Shown here: positions 1-10,100 of the stretch, piece after piece | Layout of the letters: each line of letters opens with the position of its first letter | Numbering within the stretch: the stretch's first letter is position 1 | Assembly (NCBI GenBank): GCA_977016875.1 | Contig: CDRNST010000104.1 | Location: forward strand, 4,836,001 to 4,900,000 | DNA length: 64,000 bases | Reading direction: 5' to 3' | DNA from: Pavona decussata | Lineage: Eukaryota | Notes under the pieces: model-generated | What the model saw: the letters and a program-made list of their open reading frames with translations, nothing else | What the model was told of the DNA's origin: nothing | Databases searched by the model: none | Program-made: the position numbers and the translations under genes

Positions 1-724
1 TAGTCTGTGGTAACTCAATTAATGGTAATGGTAATGCATTAGAGACGAAAATGTTTTCAATGCTTTGCCTACAAAACATGATTTGGTACTTTTCAGGATT
101 CTAAATCTCAACATTTTTTACAAGCACAACCATCACTTTTGGTAGGAGTCTCATACTGTATTCTGTGGGCTAGTAGATCAAATTTAAGACCTTTTTTTAA
201 TATAATAACTTTTTACTTAAGGTATGTCAACACCTTTAACTATTGAAGAGTTTATAGTGATTACTTCGAGTTTTAGAATGGCGATGATAGGATTTTTTTA
301 GACTGCATTGCATTGTGTATCTGCCAAGAAAAAGAAAATATATATCTAGGTACCATTATTTTCCTCTGGAGTTTACCATAAAGTTTATGATTAGGGAAGC
401 TCTTTATTTCAGCACCCTTAAATGTGCCAGTACCATTAATTTTGCTGTGCAGAACTACCCCCTCCCCCCTCCCAATACACCCAAGGCTGTTTCAAATTAG
501 TGTCTATCACTATAAAACATTTTGAGAATGCTGCTTGTTGTGATAATCAGTGTTTGTGCACTTTGGATGAGGCCATGCAAAGGCACATGTATGTAGCATG
601 CTTATGGTGAAGTTGAGAGGAGGCGCAGAAAGATCATAATGTCAGGAATAAGCTTGGTTAGAACAATAGGTAACTAACTAGTGGAAAGGTACAGCTGTAT
701 TCAGCTAAACCATGACTGTTTGGT

Positions 725-920
725 TATATAAACAGAGCTGATAAGGTAATTTCACCACCGTAAAGAGATTCCAGAGATTCGAGTACTGACGACAGCACTC
801 GAGTCTTTTTATATAGTGTAGTCAAATGAATTTATCTTATCAATTGGCGGATAAAACCAAACATTCGTTTCTACTCCCTCACCGATCAATGCAGCACCAG
901 TTTCTTTCAAAAACTCTCTT
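725..920. repeat. Degraded Penelope-like terminal-repeat remnant
   Basis: CACCACCGTAAAGAG...CTGACGA...GATAAAACCAAA...CACCGA..GCAGCACCAGTTTCTTT resembles the coral Penelope pLTR as recalled. A related fragment lies at about 55020-55105. Confidence 0.4.
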
Positions 921-1078
921 ATGATCTATTCAGCTGAACAGTTGTCTAACCGTAAAGCTAGAGCTGAGTAGTCCTTCATTTCGCTCCGGGATAGTTGCGT
1001 TGGTGCTCATGTGAGTGCATGAGTACAAAAAATGCCTCCTACCAGGAGCAGTATTGATACCCTAATTTCTTGTTACAG

Positions 1079-2212
1079 TTTACCAGAAGTCATAGAGCAG
1101 GCTCATCCTGACGGAGTGTGCAAATTTAGGTAATTGAGTTTCTCTTAAGTGTTCTCTTTTTCAATTCAGTTCCCATTGTACACATTTGTTAAATAAACAT
1201 ACTTTCTCACTGCAGGTGGTCAAATGTACACGAGAATCTATTTGCTACAGCTGGTCGTCCAGGCAACCAAATCAACGTTTATCACATGGAGCATCACAAG
1301 GTTAGTTTTTTGGTATACTCTAGGTGATAGAAATAATAAATCTAGAACACACAGATAAACTGGAGTGCTTATGAATAGTATACTTCTGTTCATTTGGCTA
1401 TATCAAAATCACCTTAAAGAGTAGTTTCAATCTATGGTGTACGGTTCTTCTTTGACAACTCCCTCATTGGAACTTGGGGTGCATACATTGGGCTATTTTA
1501 GTGCTGTCCTGTGATCATATGTATTCAGTAGAATTAAGTCAGTCATGCATGGGTGGTATATCAAAGACACCAAATATGTCTACCGCAATGGTTGCATCGG
1601 CTTGTTTAAGTGCAATAAATATGTCATGCTAACAACGACATACTTAGGGACCATAGTCAACATCATCACCATCCCAGAAGTGGTCTAGGATTTTTTTCAC
1701 CAGCGAAACCAGGTCTGGGGAGGTAACCGACACAACACACGCACAAAAAAGGGTATTACTAGAAACTTAAACCAAATAGAAATCCATAACTCACAGCATG
1801 TGAACATAAACCTTTGACCCTGTTGAACTTAAGTTATTTGCTTCTGAACAAGACTGCATGCTGCTACCATGATTGAGGACAGTAAAAAAGGAAGCAATGG
1901 TTGGGCCATAAAATTTAGAGTTCAGGTATCACTGAAACTAACCTGCAAGCAAAGATCCCTTTGATCTTCCTAGATTGAAGGGATCTCTGCTCGCATGGTA
2001 CACTGAAAGGCACAGTGAACAACATCCTTCAGCTTTTGTAGACAAGAGAAGAACTTCCCCAGTGAAAGACCTAACATTTTCATGCATTTTCTTGACAGAT
2101 GCCAGTTTCATGTACAATGCCGATTGGAGGTGGTCTGTCATGGCATCCATCTCTACCAGTGTGTGCATCAGGTGGTGCAAGGAAGGTGCACTTATGGTTT
2201 CTAGAAGTATAG
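1079..2212 (+). CDS. NUP37: Nucleoporin Nup37 (WD40), last three coding exons: 1079-1129, 1216-1300, 2099-2212; upstream exons not found in window
   Basis: Spliced translation LPEVIEQAHPDGVCKFR-WSNVHENLFATAGRPGNQINVYHMEHHK-MPVSCTMPIGGGLSWHPSLPVCASGGARKVHLWFLEV* with AG/GT boundaries in phase. It matches the recalled Nup37 C-terminus (FRWS..ENLFAT.G.PG; GLSWH..LPLC..GGD.K..FW..EV). Confidence 0.88.
1939..2000. mobile_element. 62-bp hairpin non-autonomous DNA element with 9-bp TSD (Academ-like termini)
   Basis: TAACCTGCAAGCAAAGATCCC...GGGATCTCTGCTCGCATGGTA is flanked by cactgaaac/cactgaaag. Same family as 45873-45929. Confidence 0.7.
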
Positions 2213-3148
2213 CTGCAAGTGGATGAAACTTCATCAAGGACCAGAAAAACTGTTTTGTATCAGTATCTTCAGCCAATAATGCTTATTGGGGATTTTACTA
2301 CAGAGGAGGAGAAGTTGACAATATTATTATTCTCCTTGGGTAGTGGAAATTACTGAACAACGAGATACCAAAATCAAGTATTTCTCTGTTAATTTCCCTG
2401 GCAGCATTTGTCCCTGTTGGCAAGGCTTCATAAAAATAAGGAATAAGGATGGCATTGCAGTGTAAAAGTTTGTATAATAATATTATTATACAAAACAAGG
2501 AGCTGCTGTTCTTAACATTCCACTATTTATTTCTAATATTATTGCCTGCCCAATGATTTTTAGATTTCAGGAGCCAGATTAACAAAGTCCTCTTAAGTGA
2601 AGATGAACCCTAAGTATTTTTTCTTGACAAAAGACTATCATTGTTGGACTAATAATAGCCTATTGTTAAGAAACTATGCTTAAGATATATCAACTCGGGA
2701 GAGCTTCAAGAATTTAGCTCCTGAGTTATTGTACAGGAAGTTTGTTAAGAACAAAGAAACAAACAGTTTTCACAAATTTACTAAAAATCAGTCTTTCATC
2801 TTACAATAAACTTCAAGACACAAAAAGCACATCTCTATTTCAGATCCCTTGTTTATTCGGCTTTCAGATGGCCAGATTATTTACAGATAAGAGGTTCTGC
2901 CCAAGGACTGCTAACTCTGAAACTAACAAGGGGCATTACTTTAAGTTTCTAGAATTGTACAGTGGGTGTAAAGATATTCTTACAGTGTACAAGCCAAAAA
3001 TGGACTTGTTCCATCCTTGACACCAGTTCAACATGTCAAAGATAATATATAATAAGATTTTAACCAGACATTCTGTAAACTGGCTAAACTTTCATTTGCT
3101 GTTGTTCTATTTATGTAACAGCACTGTAATGAAGAAGCCTTACTCATA

Positions 3149-3552
3149 TTAAGGACGGTGCCTACTTTTGTTACTGCGCATACGTTCTGTGCTTCTCAAG
3201 ATACTAGGGTTTCCTATGGGTGGTGCCTACTAATATAGGGACATTTTTGCACGGTTTAAAACTATGCAGAGAAAGCAGAACTTAGTAAGTGCTCTTGGTA
3301 TTTAAAAAGAAAACTAGGGGTAACCATGCATTTTTGAGAGAGAAAGCTTCAATTTGATAAGAAATGCCATACATTGCTTTGTATTTTAGCACTGTTTAGA
3401 ATAATTGTTTCTTAATTATCTCTAAGGAAATGAATCAAGTGGTTACCCCCAATTTTCTTTTTGGATTCCAATGGCCCTTGCTTAGATCTGCTTTTCCCGA
3501 ATAGTAATGAGCTGCACAGAAATATCACTGTATTGGTAGGCACCGTTCTTAA
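3149..3552. mobile_element. TTAA-flanked MITE (Kolobok-like), copy 1 of 4
   Basis: TTAA-GGACGGTGCCTAC ... GTAGGCACCGTTC-TTAA terminal inverted repeats. Homologous copies at 28520, 51500 and 55817. Confidence 0.8.
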
Positions 3553-5358
3553 GCCCTAAGATTTCTCCTTAGGCTTCCTCACCACTTCCTTTAGTTTTCT
3601 TCTTTTCTGTTGTATTTTAGACTTGTGTGTGCATGGTGAATTAGATAAAAAGGTGGTTCAGCTATAGCAGGATATGGTCTACATGTAAAAGTGGCTTAAA
3701 TATTTAAACTACAAGTTCAATGCTCAAGACTTTACTCTCATGTTCAGCTAACTTATTGTCCTTAATTGCTGACCTAGCAGTCAAGTTCTTGAAAGATGAC
3801 TAGTACCGGTACATGCAAATAACAGCATTACAATACTTAATAAAGAAAATTATACACAGATTAATCACCAAAAATCGTTACAGAGGGGCCTGGATATAAT
3901 TTTTCCTATTAGGATGTGGCAAAAGAACTAAATTATAGATAACTAAATAATAGCATTGTATAATGTGCATTGATTTCATAGAAAGTGATTTCTAGAAGCA
4001 ATTTCTGGAATATGGTCCAACAGTACATTGTAGTTTCAAGGAAATTCTAGAAAACCTAGGTTATTACAGTGGTAGATACCTCTTTAAACAAGTGTTTGTT
4101 TATAAATGTCTCTTTTTCAGTCGCATCACTATATTTGAGACCATGCAGACAATCACTTCTCCTTCGTACCACTTTAATTCCAGTATTATAGGTGTAGCCC
4201 ACAAGTGTATAAATCCCATTTTTATTAATTTTCTGTAATTGCTAACTTAACTTCCCATTGAAATTGAATTTAGAGTGAACAAGATGACAGAAATTCAAAA
4301 AACTGTTTCAAAACATCAACATCTCTTAGGTTAGTAGTTGTTAAATTTTGAGGTGGGAAATTGCTAAATTGATGAGCAATTTAAAAAAAAACTGTTGGGG
4401 CTAGGAATGAATCAGAATAACGTAAAGAGGAAGAATAAGACATCTCAAGTCGTTAAGACGATGTCTTATTTTTCCTATTTTCTTTAATCACTTAGTTGTT
4501 GCCAAATTAATATAGCAACCTTCAGGTGATACTATAGTTGAAAGTCATGCCTAATTTAAATTATTAGTTTCCCTGGCAAATAAACTACCTTCAAACCTTT
4601 TGTTAATTGAAAGAAACAATAAATTAGATATAAACAACAACATCCACCTGTTGTCAAAACTAAACATGCACATTTAGCTGACTGTGGTCTAAAGACACAT
4701 TTACACAATAAACTAAGCCTTGCAAACTGTTAGCAAATACAGTTGCCCACAAGAACATCACAAAAAAAGGTTTTGATGAAAAGAAAAAAAAAAAAAAATG
4801 GTCCTGCACATTTGATAGACATCTAAATACATTTTCACCTTCACATTTTCTCCCACCACTACCTCCACAGCCAACTACATGCACAACATGGACATTTCTT
4901 TCTCTGCACTAGAAAGCCAGCATACTTGGGCTGGATCTAATGGTAAGATGTGTCCTCACTATGATTGAATGCAAAGCCTGTTCTTAACAAACAATACTTA
5001 GAATATACTTTTATAGGTCCAACCCCTGAGTAGTGCATCCACTTTAGATAAACTGAACATGATGGAACAAGTACACAAATTCACTTTTTAACTTAAGCAA
5101 CATTTTCCTTGGTATTACCATTGTATTCACTTAAATTCCCAAATGTTTGAGGACAAAATACTATTCAAGATTACAGAAGCAATATTGAGGCTACTGCATA
5201 AAGTCCGTCTAATGTTTTCTTGGAAGGCCACACTAAACTATTTGTACCCCTAACAGACAGTTAAAACGATTTACTATCATCAAAAAACTGAACAAGTAAT
5301 ATCCAGAAACTTGTATTCCATGTTTCTCCTTTAGCTGTATATGGCCGATGATATGGTG

Positions 5359-6372
5359 CTACACCTTTGGAGTTTTAAGCTTAACTTGCAGCGGATATTG
5401 ATCATGTGTATATCCATTCAATGCTTGGATAGCAGCTTGAGCTTCTGGCAATGTAGCCATGGTGACAAAGCAAAACCCTTTGCATTGCCCCTTTTCCCAA
5501 TCCCACATAACATTTATCTTCTTTATCTCCCCATATGGCTGAAAGAGTTTATAAACTGAAGCTTGTGTTGCGCTAGTCCCAATGTTGTAAACAAACAGAG
5601 TAAAGCCTGCACCAGTCCCCCCAGAATACGACATTTGGTTAAACCCTGTCATGGAAGGCATTGGGGGTCCTCCAACCATAGGGTTGAATCGGTTGGCACG
5701 ACGATTCATCAGCGCTTGCCCCATGGGACCAATTGCACCCTGGTGATGTTGTGGACCAAGATTGAAACTTGCTCGTTCAGGCATACCAACTTGAGAAGCA
5801 CCCGGTGGGGGTTTTATTTTGGAGGTGTTATCGTCAGCAAAACGAACCCACATTATCTCTGTTGCCCCAGCAGGAATGGTGTTATTTAAGGCACTGATAG
5901 CAGCTTCAGCTTCCGACTTCAGATTGTAAAGAATAAACCCAACGCCTTTTGAGGACCCTGACATTGGGTCAGTGAGAATCTTGCTGTTGATGATGTTGCC
6001 ATATGGTTTAAATAGCTCCCTCAGGTCCTCTGACGTCCAAGTCTTTGAGATGTTACGGACGTACAAGTTAGCTCCCTTGATCCTCTCTCCTCCTTTCCTT
6101 GACAATGCAACCTTAATAAACTTGCTTTGTATTTGATGACCGTTGAGTTTATCGATTGCCAACTGAGCATGCTCGGGTGTGAAGTATTCCACAAATCCAA
6201 AGCCATAGCTGTATCCTGTTGCCTTGTGTCGGCAAATCTTGCAGGATTTGGTTGGGCCAATTTTTTGAAATAGAACCTTAAATTCTGCATCAGTGAAATT
6301 CTGTGGTAGATAGTTGATGATCAAGTTGGTTTTGTTTTCAAGTTCCGTACCATTGTCTCCTGCTTCTGCCAT
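5359..6372 (-). CDS. ELAV/Hu-family RNA-binding protein with three RRMs and Sex-lethal-like RRM1-2; single coding exon
   Basis: RRM1 TNLIINYLPQ..TGYSYGFGFVEY; RRM2 ANLYVRNI..KGVGFILY; hinge NRFNPM; RRM3 LFVYNIG..KGFCFVTM. Probable ATG at 6372 (accATGg). A 5'UTR intron lies at 6464-6916 (AAG|GTGAGC ... U17-ATCCAG). Confidence 0.92.
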   Translation of the reverse strand: MAEAGDNGTELENKTNLIINYLPQNFTDAEFKVLFQKIGPTKSCKICRHKATGYSYGFGFVEYFTPEHAQLAIDKLNGHQIQSKFIKVALSRKGGERIKGANLYVRNISKTWTSEDLRELFKPYGNIINSKILTDPMSGSSKGVGFILYNLKSEAEAAISALNNTIPAGATEIMWVRFADDNTSKIKPPPGASQVGMPERASFNLGPQHHQGAIGPMGQALMNRRANRFNPMVGGPPMPSMTGFNQMSYSGGTGAGFTLFVYNIGTSATQASVYKLFQPYGEIKKINVMWDWEKGQCKGFCFVTMATLPEAQAAIQALNGYTHDQYPLQVKLKTPKV

Positions 6373-6916
6373 GGTAGAACAAAATTTAAGCAACGGATAC
6401 AAAAATTTGGTATAGCAATGCGGCAGAAAAACGATTTCTGGGACTTTTGGCTTTAATTACTTTCTGGATAAAAAAAAAAAAAAAAAGAAACACAAGTAAG
6501 ATCTAGTCATCTAGCATAAATAAAATCATGATAAACAACTGCAATAAGCCAAAACAGTACAACGTTTTTCCGGAAAAAGTTAACTCCACATGTATGTTTC
6601 AAAACAGCTGTCAAATTTCAACACATGTATTCAGCCAGTTTTTTTAACAGACGCTACGTTCATAACCCAACGCCGACTTAGCTACTGAATTGACCATTAA
6701 ATGTAAAAGTTGTTTTTAAATATTTTAGACACAGACCTTCAGAATTTAGCACACTGGTAGTTTCCTCAGTTTGGCTTTAATATGTGTGACAAACAAAATG
6801 GTCGACTTGTCAACGAAACGCGAAGCAACACAAAACGGTTTATTACAACCTTTTCTCGACCATAAACATGGTTTTAAGTTGGCAGTCACTACTAAGGGTA
6901 ATACAATAAAGCTCAC

Positions 6917-7172
6917 CTTTTTATAAAATGTTCTCTACAATCATAAAACATCCAATTCTTGTCGCTTTTTCACCAAACCACATGGATGATGGAGGTCGCG
7001 ATGGATGGTATATTACCCAGAAGCCTTAGCGACGATTACTACGTGCGCAAAGGATTCTGGACTAGTAAACAGTTATGGCGGCCGTTTGCAGTAGGTTTCT
7101 GTTTACACTTTGTTTCTCGAGCTGTAAATGAAGGAAATGAAAGCTATTTGATCATTCAACAGACTCTAGGCG
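6917..7172. promoter_or_regulatory. Candidate bidirectional promoter shared by the Sxl/ELAV-like gene and germ cell-less
   Basis: Only about 256 bp separate the minus-strand first-intron donor (6916) from the GCL ATG (7173). The stretch is CpG-richer and has a YY1-like ATGGCGGCCG at about 7075. Confidence 0.6.
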
Positions 7173-10100
7173 ATGGGTTCCACGATATCATCCTTAGGTA
7201 CTTCAATAGGTGGAAAAAGAAAATATTCTGAATGCGAGGATAGTGAAGATGGCAGTCGAACTGAGGAGGACGCTGTGGTGGACGTGGTTAAGAGGTTTGA
7301 TATTAACGGATATTGTTTATAAACCTCTGAATTTCTTTCGAGCTTCTTTTTGTGGAAGGCGTGATGACCCAATGGTCTCCCGATCGAGCGGTCCCATTCC
7401 GTAGATGCAGCAGATAGAAACAACTTGTTCTTTAAGGAAGACATTTTAGTTTCACGTTTGCCAGCTGGCGAACTTGCTGGGGAATCCTGACAAATTGCTG
7501 GGAATGGGGGAGGGAGTTAATCTGCCGAGCAACTATAGAATACAGGGCCACTTTCACTTTGGTCCAACTCGTTTACATGTGTTGGCATGTTTTGAAGAAC
7601 GAGGCATAAACACAATAGATGCTATTACAGTGAGATTTAGTGGCCCTGTATTCTATATTTTGGCCTGATCTGTGATGGCTAGGATCCGATCAAGAGGAAG
7701 AAGCAATACTCTGAGATAAGCTTCTGTATTAGTGGGCTACCACGCCCGGTGGGACTCCCCTATATATAAGCTATGCAAGTATGTGCAGCACCAAAGGGTT
7801 AATGGTTCAAGAGCTGATTTGGTCTGAAATAGGGTATAGATTTTACTGTTTTGGTCTGAAAGTTGGTATGGATTTTATAGAAAAGGGTATGAACTCTAGA
7901 AACCAGGTCTGAAAATGGGTATGAAGTTTTGGAAACCAGGCCTGAAAAAGGTGCCGGAAACTCACATATTCTGGTCTGAAATAGGCTTTGGGTTTTGAGA
8001 ACTGAGCTACATGTACGTACAGACTAGCCTGACCCACGCAGTCGTTGTTAGGGGACTCGTATTACCTCCTCCCCACAAACGGCTGCTTACCCAAGCACCA
8101 CATTCCTTCCCCATAAATTTGTTTTACTCCCCGAGGACCCTAGCCAGTCACCATTGAGGCATTGTCTTATGATATCAAATCAAATTCCTGGTTACAACAG
8201 CCGCTTCCGTTTCCCATGAGCTTTGTGCAGTCTCTGGTACAGTCTTGAGAGATGCGGGAGTTAAGTGGGAATATATATTTTCACTTCTGGAATGGCTGGT
8301 CATGGCTGAAACACCAAAACAAATATCGAATGTGAATAAAAGCGCTTCTTGTGCGACATTTAATTTTGACACCATTATCTGCTGGGAGAGTCAAAATCTT
8401 CGGGAAAGTGTAATCGATCTTCCCCGCCTGATCGAGTTGACAGTTGGTGAAGATATCACCTCTTACGGGTACGGAAACTTTGGAGCAAATTTCTTTGTTT
8501 GTACGAAGTGCTACGACTAACGAGAGACTACCTCGATTCGAGAAAGCAAAGAAGAATGTGGAAGGTATCAAGGGGAGATCTGCAGTATTTATCAGTCCTT
8601 TTAAGACTATTAACGGAAAGTTAAACGACAAAGAGCGGATCAACTTGTGGTCCTTGCGGAAAATGTCGCACATGCCCCGAACTGAAATTGCAACAACAGA
8701 GCGAGTTTCAACTGCAAAATCTTTAAAGTTTACCAGCATATCAGGTAATATTTCATTTTCCTCCACACCGGCAAGGTCGACAAGACCGAAGGCAAAGCTT
8801 GATATATAAAAATATTAAAGCGACTTTGCGTAACCAGTCGGCAAATTGACGAAAATATCCCATCACGAATTCTTTGATTGCAGTCAGTTGATGGGCATTT
8901 AAACGAGAAATTTTGAACATAGGGCACTCGGTGCGTGGGGTGCTACGTACAGACCCTTACCAAAAATTTCAAGGAGTAGTCCCCCCCCCGCCCCCCAGGC
9001 TACTATGCTCTTAAAGACTTAACCTATTCGTACCTTTTCTTTTCTGCACTGCTTTGTGAGTTTGATGCTGTGAGCTTAAACATGCTTTTACTTTTGCATG
9101 TTGTAAATTTTTTAGGAAAAGGTTGAAGGGCACTTGTGACTACATTTACCAGACGCTCTTTCTGGATGGTGAAGGAAGTGACGTTACAATACATGCTCTT
9201 GGTTAGTGTTTTCAGTAGTTATCTTTACAGTATGACACTGCATTGGTATGTGAGTCGACTTTGTGTTAACATGGTTTCACAAATAGCGAGTTTTGACCAA
9301 TCTCAAAGGGGAAGTGTCATGGGGTTTTTGACCTCTTTTGTTAAAAATGGTGAAATAAGACCTTCGCTTTGCTACAAAATAATTCTAGAACAACAAGAGG
9401 AGAGAAATCAACTCAATTCTTGAAAGGAACAACTCGTACTCTGTTCTAGGGCATTTTGGAAACAAAAATACAAAAACTTAAAAAATATTAAATAAACATT
9501 TTTCGAGTTTCAATCCATTCCGACCTACTCTGTCTCAGAGTGGCCAAAGGCACTAATCGACAGTTTTATTGCACTGGGCCGATAATTTTTTACAAAACTA
9601 CACAATTATTTTTTTGTTTCTGTTGTCAGACAAACATTTTCGGGTTTTGAAATGATATCAAATTTTTGTGATACTAATTCCTTTTCAATTCAACCTTGCT
9701 TCCAACACAGGACTGTGACTTGAGAAAATAAACCTGTCCCAACTGGTTGACATAATATTTTATCATGCAATAATTATTGCAGCATTTCAATGGAAATGAT
9801 TATTTTTTTTATCCATACTAATCCTCTCATAAATAAAAAGACCTCTTGTTAGTTAAGTAATATTTTTACAAGACAAAGTATTTTTATTGTTATTGTAAGT
9901 TAATATTGTTGAATTATTAAGAAAATCACAAAAATGACTGGTAAGATAATTGACATCCATTCAATCAGTGGTTCATTCATTTTTGAGGTAACCTATCTTC
10001 TCTTTGTTTCTACATTACAGGAAAAGATTGGAAGCTTCACAGAATATATATGTGCCAGGTAGGTCTCCTGTCTGTCTCCTCATAAATGTCTTGCCTTGGA

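Noticed and set aside
780-810. Hammerhead ribozyme in the Penelope-like remnant
   Set aside because: CTGACGA is present but the required GAAA core and stems are lost.
1938-2276. Overlapping ORFs on both strands
   Set aside because: Alternative frames of the last Nup37 exon plus a hairpin element.
7820-7990. CRISPR-like array
   Set aside because: Eukaryotic context, short degenerate repeats, irregular spacing and no cas genes; these are transposon subterminal repeats.
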